From: Bugula neritina
Taxonomy: Eukaryota; Animalia; Bryozoa
Assembly: GCA_964035545.1 (NCBI GenBank)
Contig: OZ037772.1
Location: 9,293,150 to 9,357,149, forward strand
Length of the DNA: 64,000 bases
Direction of reading: 5' to 3'
Under the pieces are notes generated by a model, which worked only from the letters and a program-made list of their open reading frames with translations, was not told the origin of the DNA and made no database searches. The translations under genes were made by a program, and so were the position numbers. Position 1 is the stretch's first letter. Each line of letters opens with the position of its first letter. Shown here one piece after another: positions 39,101 to 50,239 of this stretch.

Positions 39101-42100
39101 ACTACCCTCTCTCGTTCACTGTGATTGGTGCCGGCTGCCAACGTGATCATTAGCAGCCCATCGCTGTTGAACCTGAGGGAGTCCCAGCGGTCACAGAAGT
39201 ACTTAAACTCAGCACTCTTCACTCGCTGTTCGGCCTCACTCGGCCGCCGTCCCTCCTTCTTGGCCCGGAATAGGTCAGCTACCACTCCTGGTAGCGTAGC
39301 CTGGAGCCGACATAGCTCCCTGACGTTCCTGAGCAACGTGGGGTTTGCGTGAAGGTTGTTAACAGCTTTGTTAGGAGATTCGGACAGGAGTTGCCCTTTT
39401 TCCCAGCTGTACACACCCGCTTTCCCCAACTGCGCTTCAACGTCCGAGCGAGGGGGTCCACCGTCCCTGCGCTCAATATTTTGGCACTGCTTAAACCCAT
39501 CTGCCTGGCGGCAGCTGAGTCCATCGGCATTACCGTGTTTCTTACCGGGTCGATGTTCGATCCGATAAGAAAACTCTGCCAGGATCTCTAGCCAGCGCGC
39601 CACTTGGCTTGATGGTTCCGCCCGTCGACACAGCCATATCAAAGACGCATGATCCGTCCGAAGCCGGAATGTACGCCCATATAGATATGGTCTAAAGTGT
39701 TTGACCGCCTTGACTACTGCCAAGAGTTCCCTCCTGGTTGTACAGTAGTTCTTCTCAGGCGCCGACAGGGCCTTGCTATAGTAAGCCACCACCACCTCGC
39801 GACCATCTTGGACCTGCGATAGCACAGCCCCCACATTATGGTTACTGGCATCAGTATCCAAAATGTACTCCTTCGCAGGGTCAGGATACGCCAAGATGGG
39901 TGCTTCCACCAGGCGATCCTTCAGGTGGTCAAATTCCCTCTGCTTGGCCTGCGTCCACTGCCATCGCACCCCCTTTGCTGTCAGCCGATTTAACGGCTGT
40001 GCAATTCCGGCGAAGTCTGGTATGTACTGACGATAGTACCCTACCAGCCCCAGGAACGCCCGCAATTCAGAGAGGTCGACAGGAACGGCCCAGTCCCTCA
40101 CAGCCCGTACCTTCTCGGGGTCGGTGGCGACCCCGTCTCGACCAACTACATGGCCCAGGTACTTAACCTCGCGTTGCAGTAATGCACACTTCGAGGGTTT
40201 GAGCTTCAGGCCCGCAGCTCGAAGCCTGTCAAACACCTCCCTGAGTTGACTGACATGTGTGTCGAAGTTGGGGGAGATGACAATGACATCATCGAGATAG
40301 ATGAGCAAGGTCTTCCAGTGCAGCCCACTCAGGACCTGCTCCATGAGTCGCTGGAAGGTGGCCGGTGCGGACGTAAGTCCGAATGGCAACACCTTCCATT
40401 TCCAGAGCCCATCCCGCGTTATAAACGTGACCTTGTCCTGTGCTTCAGGACTCATGGGCACCTGCCAATACCCGCTTAGCAAGTCCAACGTGCTGAAGAA
40501 CTTGCTACCAGCTAAGGCATCGAGCGACTCATCGATCCTAGGGAGAGGGTAAGCGTCCTGGATGGTCACGCTGTTCAGCCTGCGATAGTCAACGCAAAAC
40601 CTCCAGCTACCATCCTTTTTCCGAACCAGGACGACTGGAGAACTCCAGGCCCCATGGCCTGGCTCAATCAGGTCCCGGTTCAGAAGGTCTTGCACCTGAC
40701 GGCTCACTTCTCTCTCCTTCTCAGGACCTAACCGGCGGGTCGGCTGCCAAATGGGCGCCGTCCCCGCCGCCAGGGGTATCTCATGACAGACAGTCTTAGT
40801 CAGACCCATGTCATGGTCGCCGCAACTAAACACGTCCTTGTACTCAGAGAGTAGCTGCGCCATCACCAGGCGTTCCCGCTTGCTCTCACAGCCATCAGAG
40901 GCATCCTCGTACAACTCTGCTACGTGTTCAGGCACCGGCCTCCTGCCGTCTCTAGTGGGTACTCCACGGGCGGCGTCCGCTGTCTCCAGCGCGGGCCCTA
41001 CATCCTCCTCCTGTACGGAGTGGAACTTCCCCACTAGAGACCCAGCCGGCAATTCTACCGCCTCTGTGAAAGGATTTACGCACTGGACCAGGAACTCCCC
41101 CCGCTCATTCAGCCTATTCAGACTGTTAGCAAGCTGGACGCCCCCCAATGCACCTTCCACCACTTCGAGCTCGGAGATTTCCCTACAGTTCACTCTGCAG
41201 CAAACTGTAGCCCGGGAGCGCCCAGGTACAGTACAGCACTGTACCACCTGCACTCCCCCCACCAAGAGTCGGCCAAATCGGTCGACACAGGCCAGCTCAC
41301 GCCCGGCCATCACTACTGCCGACTTGCTAAAGTTGATGTAGCACCTGTGTCGCTTCAGAAATGGCATGCCCAAGATGGCATCCTCCTTGAGTTGACTGAC
41401 GATGAAGGTCTCACTGATCGTCTGATCACAGACTCTACCAGTCAACTGGATTACCCCATAGAAAGGAATACACGACCCGTCCGCCAACGTGCCGTGCTCC
41501 CCTTCATATGGTTCTAGGCTAGCCCTGTCCCTGGCACTGAGAGTGTCGAATAGACGCCGACTCAGTAGAGTTGTGGTGCACCCAGTATCCAACAGGAATG
41601 TGACAGCTTTGCCAGCAAGTTTGCCGGGGAGGAAATAGCTGCTTCCATATGGCTGAGCGCTCACTGAGCGGTTTGTCTCTTGAGGCGACACCTCGTGTGC
41701 ATGGAGTTGCGGATGCACCTGTGCTTTTCGGTTGCGAGGGGGTCGTCGACGTTGCATGGGCAGGCAGGTTACGTCTCGGTCTCGCTCACACACGGGCGGC
41801 CGAGTGAATTCTCGGACTGATGCTCGTGTGGGCAACCGAGGAAAATCCCTGTTGTGCTCCCACTCGTCGTTCACTCCCTCATTAAGCAAACCTTCAAAGC
41901 GGTTTTTGAGTGCCCAAGCCAGAGGTTTTGGTGGGCCTTGCGGCCTACTTCCTCTCCTTGGGGCTTGCCACTCTGGCGAAGGCGGCCTCCTCACCCGGTG
42001 GGGTTTGAACCTTGGCCTCTGCCTTGGGGGGTTAAACTGGGGCCCACGGTAGGCGGAAGTTACCGTGGGCCGTCGCTGTTTAACCGCCTCTCACTGCCGC

Positions 42101-44334
42101 GGGGGCAACTTCGTATGAAGTGCCCACCACTACCACAGCCCCAGCATATGGGGCCGCGCCTTTCGTCAACAGCTACCGTCAACAGCGTTCGACTGCGGTA
42201 GCATGCTCTCGCAGGTTGATCTTAGGATTTCTCCTAAGACTCTGCAGTTGCACGCGAGCATCTCGAGCGGTTAATCCAAACCGGGCTCGTAGTGCTTCAA
42301 ATATGTCACAGACATTCTGGCTTATCCCATAGGGTTTAGCCGGCCCTGTCAGACATAACCGCAGCTGGATCAGAGTAACCCTATTCGGCCATCCGCAGAT
42401 GCCCGCCACATCACTAAACTCAGTGATGAATTGCTCCACAGAAGATGGGAGCCCGCAAGTGGTACCTGTCCATAGGCAGCGCTGGGTCGCCTATGTGATC
42501 CTCCTCTATTGCTGCTGGCTCCTGTCTAGGCGCGTCGACTTCGTCGGCCATCTTGCTCCCTGGCTAGGAGCATTTGTATTAAGTGGAATCCCACCGCTGC
42601 CACCACTGTAGTGAATTTTGCCAGTTCACTATATTATGTGTGGGTCAACTTAAACAAAGCCACTACACCAGGTTGTTTACGCTAAAATAAGTTTATTATT
42701 TACACGAATACAAGAAGGTTTATTTACTGCTAACATGAATAGAAACGATTACATAATTAGTGAGCTTTAATACACAACTACTCTAAATGTAGTCCCAAGC
42801 TGCTCTGTCGGCTAGCTACTCAGCGCACTGCAACTACAAGTAGCTAGTTCCACCTGCTATGAATTAGTGTGCCCGTCCTGATTGGTGGTTACTAGTGGTG
42901 CCACTGCTGTCCATAGCTACAGGTCGATGCAGTCGAACTGTACAATATAATGTACAGTATAGAGTGGACCTTTTCGATTAATACTAATATGATTGCACCA
43001 CTAAAATCTATCACAATATATTATTTGAATATTATTTTTATTTCTCCATAATAATTTGAAGGAATAATATTTAACCATACCTGTACAGTCTGTGCCATGA
43101 ACATCACATTCATTGCATATCAATCTGTCACATTTCTTACAAGCTTTGATTAGAACCTCTTCATGTTGTTCACACACTGGTTTAGTATAAATAGCTGGTG
43201 ATTTCTTGTACACTTCAATGTCTATTTCCATATGAGATTCTTTGTAGAGCGCTTTGTGAAACTGAAAGAATATATTAAACCGTTGTATTTGTGTATATTG
43301 GCGGAAAATTCAATACAACACAATTTAGTAAAAAGGTGACTAGTTTAAAAAAGGTTGACGGGTAGTGTGTAAAAGAATTAAATACTGGGAGAATTACTTT
43401 TCATATTTCATATATCAATTGAATTAACAGTTTAGTATAATTGACTGGTGCTTGGTTGTACACCTCTTATATATCTATTTTGTCATGAAAGTCTCTGTAG
43501 AGAGTTGTGTGTGTTAAAATATGATGAACAATTGTTATATGCTCTTGGCAAGGATGAATTGTTCATTTACGTTCAACTCTTTAAAAGCGTGTATATTTTA
43601 TGCAAATTCATGATGGCTATAGTTATCATAAATTTGTATCAAAACTATACATGTAAAACATGCAGTGACATACAAAGCTTTGCCCTCCATTATATTTAAA
43701 AATTATTACCTTTTGATGGTCAGTACAGAATTTATCTCCACATGTAATACAAAAGCAAATAGCTATTTGACCTTGACATTCATAAGCTGTACAATACAAT
43801 GTCTCCAGGTCAGACTTGCCATCTTCTGTTTCAACTTTTTGCATGTCTTCAAAGTTGAGGGTTTCATGTACTTCCCTGTATAATAAACTGTATTCAGATT
43901 ATCCTCGAAGAACCTTGAGTATCTTTGGATAGAAAATCAGTTTAAGCACTTTTAAAGATGGGCAAAAAAATTCCTTGGCATTGCATAATTTTGTAAAACA
44001 TACTCAGAAAAACTTTAAGAAAATAAAGCTTTTCAACTGCTGCTTGATAAAAAAAATTTCTTGTAATACAAATATTCATTGGTAGTTAACCAAGTGTTGT
44101 AGGTGTATAGAAACCATCAACTATCTATAATATAAATCAAATAGAACAAACTAATTTTCTATTTACTCACCCACATGTAGGGCAGGTCACAGACCCATGT
44201 TGGTTGTAGTATCCTTCAATACAACTCAAACAGAATACATGCTGACAAGGCAGCTCTCTTGGATCTATCATAGACTCTGTTCTGGATGCACAGAAACCAC
44301 ATTCATAGTCTGAGGGTAGATGTTGGGCAGCCAT
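33117..44334 (-). CDS. TRIM-like gene D (full architecture; LTR retrotransposon in intron 3)
   Basis: Exons 44334-44171, 43875-43710, 43261-43081, 35317-35118, 34826-34559, 34174-33509, 33247-33117. Confidence 0.85.
35485..35893 (-). repeat. 3' LTR of element 1
   Basis: Direct repeat of 42607-43015, ~10 substitutions by eye. Confidence 0.95.
36152..37361 (-). CDS. Element 1 accessory ORF3: two-exon C2H2/C2HC zinc-finger + basic + coiled-coil protein
   Basis: Exon 37361-37334 (MSNAATVLG-G, GTAAGT donor) joins in frame to TTGCAG|37074-36152. Motifs: CTEC-x12-HVPQH, CPCG...HQRTQDC, RKKRK, C-terminal heptads. Confidence 0.8.
37603..42084 (-). CDS. pol: Element 1 Pol polyprotein (protease, RT, RNase H, integrase), entered by -1 frameshift
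   Basis: LLDTG protease, YLDD RT, DAS RNase H, H-H-C-C and D-D-E integrase motifs; the frame is open from the slippery site at 42084. Confidence 0.95.
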   Translation of the reverse strand, partial: VKQRRPTVTSAYRGPQFNPPRQRPRFKPHRVRRPPSPEWQAPRRGSRPQGPPKPLAWALKNRFEGLLNEGVNDEWEHNRDFPRLPTRASVREFTRPPVCERDRDVTCLPMQRRRPPRNRKAQVHPQLHAHEVSPQETNRSVSAQPYGSSYFLPGKLAGKAVTFLLDTGCTTTLLSRRLFDTLSARDRASLEPYEGEHGTLADGSCIPFYGVIQLTGRVCDQTISETFIVSQLKEDAILGMPFLKRHRCYINFSKSAVVMAGRELACVDRFGRLLVGGVQVVQCCTVPGRSRATVCCRVNCREISELEVVEGALGGVQLANSLNRLNERGEFLVQCVNPFTEAVELPAGSLVGKFHSVQEEDVGPALETADAARGVPTRDGRRPVPEHVAELYEDASDGCESKRERLVMAQLLSEYKDVFSCGDHDMGLTKTVCHEIPLAAGTAPIWQPTRRLGPEKEREVSRQVQDLLNRDLIEPGHGAWSSPVVLVRKKDGSWRFCVDYRRLNSVTIQDAYPLPRIDESLDALAGSKFFSTLDLLSGYWQVPMSPEAQDKVTFITRDGLWKWKVLPFGLTSAPATFQRLMEQVLSGLHWKTLLIYLDDVIVISPNFDTHVSQLREVFDRLRAAGLKLKPSKCALLQREVKYLGHVVGRDGVATDPEKVRAVRDWAVPVDLSELRAFLGLVGYYRQYIPDFAGIAQPLNRLTAKGVRWQWTQAKQREFDHLKDRLVEAPILAYPDPAKEYILDTDASNHNVGAVLSQVQDGREVVVAYYSKALSAPEKNYCTTRRELLAVVKAVKHFRPYLYGRTFRLRTDHASLIWLCRRAEPSSQVARWLEILAEFSYRIEHRPGKKHGNADGLSCRQADGFKQCQNIERRDGGPPRSDVEAQLGKAGVYSWEKGQLLSESPNKAVNNLHANPTLLRNVRELCRLQATLPGVVADLFRAKKEGRRPSEAEQRVKSAEFKYFCDRWDSLRFNSDGLLMITLAAGTNHSERERVVCPFALRRELIWDTHKQAHAGASRVTRCLQLQWFWPGMTRDVRLRVRKCEVCQASKHGRPTETAGRRRLHAGRPWQVVAVDLVGPMPTTARGNNWILVLTDHFTRWADALAIPDASAPSVARALDQHVFCYFGLPEQIHSDQGAQFQSQLMSDLCRVWGVNQSWTTPYHPQGNGVVERNNRMLGDSLRSLLIGRSQEERDLVLPQIMRAYRSTPHSSTLETPNFLMLGRETRVPEHVAYHVPTSESNVHDYVDKLVKRMGTAHEVLCEQQWQVRSGDADDPPLYKVGDWVWMTSHRRRRGQAAKLQPNFVGPYCVIEVMPNHTYKVERSGQVSIQNEARLKPHWASPDAAGQAPPLLEPARRPPMRGRGMAYREIEEILPDQDGAADAPPDQPQPPPPQEEEADTPKDLSEPAPSPVEPVDRPIVPDEMEIPQNHEEEAAGGGPPVLVGPPVLATPLVVEESPVAANSPVPFDRSQRTRAPPSYLRDFLCDLVDMPSIL
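42041..42084 (-). promoter_or_regulatory. -1 ribosomal frameshift signal, element 1
   Basis: G_TTA_AAC, 6-nt spacer, perfect 11-bp stem GGCCCACGGTA/TACCGTGGGCC; pol is in the -1 frame relative to gag. Confidence 0.85.
42060..42551 (-). pseudogene. gag: Element 1 gag remnant
   Basis: MADEVDAP... start, capsid-like VEQFITEF...LRARFG, zinc knuckle CWGCGSGGHFIRSC. Only 492 nt long, with a frame break near 42440 and stops near 42180. Confidence 0.8.
42586..42605 (-). promoter_or_regulatory. Primer-binding site complementary to the tRNA-Leu 3' end
   Basis: TGGTGGCAGCGGTGGGATTC, one base from the 5' LTR. Confidence 0.9.
42607..43015 (-). repeat. 5' LTR of element 1
   Basis: Direct repeat of 35485-35893, adjacent to the PBS. 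Confidence 0.95.
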
Positions 44335-46246
44335 CTTGTTCAGAAAATGAATCGGAAAGATTCCAAGCCTATGACATATAAGTTTGGCCAATTTTCATAA
44401 CAAGTAGCAAGGAGGTGGCTGTCAAATTGCTTACCACAACAAATTATTTAGAGGAACAAAAATGGTGATGTAGTTTGCATTTAAAGTTAAAAATTGATTA
44501 GTGTAAAGCAAAACTTGAAAAAGACTATATCTACATATATAAAGTTATTTAGCATCCCTTTAAAATAACTAGGGTGACCAGTTCTGATAAGTTGCAGAAT
44601 TAAGTAATACGTACCAGAGAACTTACTAGTCTAGATAATAGTAGAGTGTTACTTGATATATAAATTATCTGTTATGTAGCTCTAATCTAGCAGCTACACG
44701 TACTGTATGGTATCAACTGGTACAATGAAAAATATGTTTCATAACTAGTAGCTATTGACAACAATTATACGTGCAAAATGTGAAATGTTATTGTAGACTC
44801 AGTTCCGTTAAATATATTACCCTAAAACTGTTTATGATTCTTTACACAACATTGAACCAAGTAAAACAAAATCCTGAGGCTGAAAGGGGCAGTACCTTAT
44901 TTTGTTAGCTAGAACAGTCATGTTAGCCGAATAAAGTTAATGAAATGTAAGAAAGTAGCATTGATGTATTGAATTTCAGCACAATACAAAATATTGATAA
45001 CAGCTAAACAATATATTTAGGTTTATTGTGTGTTCACCTGCATATGAATAACTTTAAATATACAGCAGCTGATTATAAACTAGGCATAAGCTGCGCACAT
45101 TTAGTTATCCTTCAGCACAATGCTATATTATTATATCAATATATAGGAGCTTTTATTTGTTGAATTATCACGACAATTGCAGGCCTTTTAAAAATGTAGT
45201 GTCATTGTATAAAATTTTGTAATTAATGTGTTAATTTACAAGATTAATAGAAATGCAAGTATTTTTATTTCTTTTGCAATTGACTATTTCATAGTTAAAT
45301 AATGACGATAGCTATAGCTTGTTTGTATTCTTAATTAAGAGCAGCCATGCATGCATGATATGGCGGTAAAGAACTGCATGGTTTATAGTAAACATAAAGC
45401 CATTATATAGGTTCAAATCTAGGCGAAGGCTATTAAGCTGATGCTAAGAATGGTATTATGCAGTAATTATAATTGCTATTTTGTCACAATAAAAAGAAGG
45501 CCTTAGCCTAGCCCACATATTTTTATGGATGCAGGATTTATCTAAAAATTAGACAATAGCTTAGCATGCGCATGAAAAAGGTAATTGTTTCTTATTGTCA
45601 TAGAAATAAAATATTGTACTCAATTATACCTCAATTTGCTTCTTTAAGTTATAGAAATTTGTATTTTTACTTAAATGCTAAACACAATAATAATTTACAC
45701 AATTCAAACCACAATTGATTGTTATTTTATTAATGACAAGTAAACAGTCAGGTAGATGAATAAAAAATTACTCACTAAACAAAGAGTTCAAGTGATAAAA
45801 GTTGAAAACAAAGTCAGCTGGAAGGCATAGATTTTAGAACATAACTAAAATTAGATGTAATATAGTCTACTTTCACAAACTAAGTAAATTAGGAAAACCA
45901 AAATTAAAAATACGCAAACTTTAAATAAAATGCTTACAACAAGCATTAATTGCGACTTGTAAATGACAAATTTTGAACAGGGAAAATTGTTTTACGAAAG
46001 ATTCTTTCTGGATCATATTGAGCAAATATAGCATGAAGTATAATAATGGTTCTAGTAGAAAAGTTAGTTGGTAAAGCAAGTAAATCTTAGAATATAAAGC
46101 TACTCGAACTTATAATTTTTTTTTTATAAACTTTTTAGCCTAACAAAAATGTGATGGAACTACATTGCAGTGTAAAAATATGAAACTTTTAAGTGCCTGT
46201 TGTCAGCTAGTCACTATGTTATTACTTCTGCTTCAAGTTACTCTTT

Positions 46247-49200
46247 TCATGTTATTCTAAACAAACACAACTTGTTATCACCCCAACCAGGTACAGCTAT
46301 TACTCCATCTCTGATACTTGGTACTCCTACAAACTCTGAGGGTAGTCTGTCATGAGAGAGTGTTTGAAGTAACTCACCTGTAAAAGAGAAAGCTTGTTTA
46401 GTTTATATTAGTTGTAATAAGACACTGTAATAAAAGAATAATAAGAAAAGAAAAATCTGAGCTTTATATAGTTATATAGTAACATAACTTAAGTGAAAAG
46501 CAAAAAACTGTTCACAAGCAAATACAAATTCTTATTTAGGCTATCTTTGCTTCTTACACACTTATATATAATATTTTTCTTATAATGAACAAAGTTTTAA
46601 TTCTTTAATAATCATTTTACTATTACTATTATTAGCAGCACCTTGGGAAGAGACAACATATATCTTCTTCAAGGATCTGATTGATACGTAGATGAGTCCA
46701 TTAGAATCTGTACAGAGACTGTATCCACCTTTAAGATCATCACATGTCCAGAGTTCAACCAGCTGCCCATTCTCTATTTTTGCTTTCTGTAAACTACCTC
46801 TAGCAACTCCTATCAGACAACCATCTGACAAAAACTGTAAGTCAGTCGAGTACAACCAATCAGTTCTTTGTGTTTGTTGAGATGTGAAGTCATAAATTAT
46901 CAATTGTTTATCATCTGGATTCTTAACCACAACATATTTGTCAGAGACTGCCATTACTGCGGCTGTATTATTTTTTCTGTTAAACTGAAACAGTTCTTTT
47001 CTCTTTTTGATATCACCAGCCAAACACATTTCTACTATGTCTGTGTTATTTACTGCATGCAGTATGAATACATTCTGATGGTGTTCCACCACCGATGTAA
47101 CTGTTTTCACATCTGTGCTGCACAAACTCAGCCAATTCTCACCTCTGAGGAGGACATATAATCCACCACTTGTACCTACTAGTAGATCTCCATTTTGTCT
47201 ATAGCATGCAGCCATACACTGATTACTTGTCTTATGTTCAGATATGAATGTCAGTGTTGATGGAACTGTCACCAGACTCAGGCCTAGAATTGATGCATCT
47301 CTTTTATCTGTAATGATGAAATATTATTTATTTTTCCGATGTTGTTGTTTGATTTCCAATTTTTACATTGCTTGAAAATATTGCGATGCCAATTTATATA
47401 GTTAAAAAAGTAAAATAACTTATAGCTTAGCAACACCACTTATCAAAATCAATTTATCTGGCATTGGTTGTCCAATTAATAATAAGTTTTATACTAACAA
47501 AATAATTGCATGACACATATAGTTTAGCTAATATTGCACCAGTAATTGGTGGCATATTACACTTTGAGCATATAAACTTTAGGGACAAAACTGATTATTT
47601 TATTATTATTGTTTATATCCATTCAAGGCGGTGTACATTATTTTATAGTGGTAACACACCTCAAAGAAATTGTAATACTCTACTAACATGCCTGGTTCAG
47701 AGCTTGAGTTTTACTGATTGTGCATTCATCAAGTTTTATCTTTTGAACTTCCTCTGTGATTCCTTTTTTCTGTTTTACTTTCTCAGTTACATGACCACTT
47801 TGAATCAAATGGTTCAAATCAACTTGTACTTTCTGCAACTCATTTCTCTTCAACATCAGGTTGTTGTAACAAGCTTCCACCTCATTGGTCACTTTTTTCC
47901 TGTGACCTATGACCTTTTTCATGAGTTCTTGACTTGTTTCCTTAATTTTCTTTATCTGTTTGAAGTACATCATTATATAATATGTAGAAAAGTCCCCATT
48001 TTTCATTTATATAATATTTCAAAGTGAACATATACCATTCTACTAAAAGTATTTTTTTAATTTCAAGTTTTAAAACTGCTCTTAAATGTTTTGGCATAGA
48101 TATAAGTTTTACAAAATTCAGGAATTTCGTATCTTGAAATTTTTTAGCTGTTATATCTAAACTAAAAATATTTAATTTTAATGCATCAATTGTCTGGGCG
48201 AAACCTAATGTTTATGTAGGAATGATTGTCAGCGTACCCCTTCTTTTCGCAATTTTCGTATTTGCTTTACAAGTTTTTCACACGTCTGTTCCTGATCATC
48301 CAGTTCTCTCCAAATATTCTTGTCCTGATCATACACTTTGTTTATCTTTTCTGTTGTAGTCTGAAGTTGAGTCTGTAGATATGTATTTATCTCCTCTTGC
48401 AGAGAGGAAAGAGACTTGAAGTTGTGTTGATCTTCATCTACATGGAATATTGAAATAAAAACTAAAATTGTTTTGCACGTTCAATGCAGTCTATTTTTAT
48501 AGTGAAAAATTGAATGCAGTGTAAACCTTTTTGCTCGATATTTTTTTAATTTTGCATAACCTAAAGACAGTAGAACTTTTTTGAATTATTGTGTATTATT
48601 AGTAGATATTAGTAAATATGTGCATGGCTATTCTCTTATGACAATATTTATCTATGATAATCTGAAGGGTAACATTAATTATACTCATACCTGTACAGTC
48701 TGTGCCATGAACATCACATTCAACACATATCAATCTGTCACATTTCTTACAAGCTCTAACTAAGATCTCTCCATGCTGTTCACACATTGGTTTAGTATAA
48801 ATAGCTGGTGATTGAATGTAGACATCAACGTCTACTTCATGATGAGATTCTCTGTAGAGGGTTTTATGTGCCTGAAACATGATGAAAAACTGCTATGCTT
48901 TTGTATAGCAAAGATAAACATTTCTTTTTATAGTTATATATGATAACTCAAAACTCGGCGAGCTTAGATTCAAAATGACGTTTTTGCTGGTATGACCAAT
49001 TTAGGTGGACAGGAAATTTAACATAACTTAATACTACTTTTAATTTAAAGTTGTTCTATTACTTGTTTCCTTCATATTATAAAGTATAAAAAGTTGGAAA
49101 CTAAAATTAATCGTTTATATAAAAGTTATTTCTTTCTTTTTCTATTATATTATAAATATGTATAGCCATGAAAATATATTGATTTATAATACAGATTGTA

Positions 49201-50239
49201 TGGGTAATTTTTGTGAAATAAAAAAACAATAATTTAGATTTTCACCATCTACTGCTAGTAATATAAAATATTGAGCATTATCTTACACCTTATATGCACG
49301 ACACAAGTTGCTAGTCATTTTATACGACATTTAGCTTTTTACTATAACTTTTTTGACATAACATTCTATAACATTGTGTCTCCATATCACTTTTCAGTCA
49401 TTTTAAAAGGAAATGCTTCAGCATGCTTTATGTATACATTATATAGTCAAAGTTTGGTAGCTTTTATATTATATAATAATATTAAAACAAAGATGGACTT
49501 GTGTACAGCTGCTTCAAAGTTTGTATAGCCATCATGAATTTTGCATCAAAGCTCTACTTGTAAACCATTCAATGACGTACAAAGCTTTTCCCCCAATTAT
49601 ATTCTAAAATTATTACCTTTTGATGGTCAGTACAGAATTTGTCTCCACATGTAATACAAAAGCACATGGCTATTTGACCTTGACATCCATAAGCTGTACA
49701 ATACAAAGTATCCAGGTCAGACTTGTCATCTTCTGTTTCAACTTTTTGCAGCTCTTCAAAGTTGAGGGTTTCATGTACTTCCCTGTGTAATAAACTGTAT
49801 TGAGATAAACCTTAAATAACCTTGAATATCTTTGAATAGAAAAATCAGTTTAAGCACTTTTAAAGATGGGCAAAAAAATTCCTTGGCATTGCATAATTTT
49901 GTAAAACCTACTCAGAAAAACTTGTAAAAAATAAAGCTTTTTAACTGCTGCTTGATAAAAAAGATTTCTTGTAATACAAATATTCATTGGTAGTTAACCA
50001 AGTGTTGTAGGTGTATAGAAACCACCAACTATCTATATAAATCAAATAGAACAAACTAATTTTCTATTTACTCACCCACAAGTAGGGCAGGTCACAGAGC
50101 CATGTTGGTTGTAGTATCCTTCAATACAACTTAAACAGAATACGTGCTGACAAGGCAGCTCTCTTGTATCTATCATAGACTCTGCACTGGATGCACAGAA
50201 ACCACATTCATAGTCTGAGGGTAGATGTCGGGCAGCCAT
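46247..50239 (-). CDS. TRIM-like gene E (full architecture; closest paralog of C)
   Basis: Exons 50239-50076, 49782-49617, 48871-48691, 48437-48238, 47955-47688, 47307-46642, 46377-46247. Confidence 0.85.

Larger units (their letters stand above)
35485..43015 (-). mobile_element. Ty3/Gypsy LTR retrotransposon 1 (both LTRs present, gag internally deleted)
   Basis: 409-bp TG...CA LTRs at 35485-35893 and 42607-43015, ATAT TSD (35481-35484, 43016-43019), tRNA-Leu PBS, PPT GGTGAGGAGAG next to the 3' LTR, PR-RT-RH-IN domain order. Confidence 0.97.

Noticed and set aside
37494-42611. Many + strand ORFs overlapping pol and gag (also 58145-63030)
   Set aside because: Antisense shadows of GC-rich coding sequence with no recognisable motifs.
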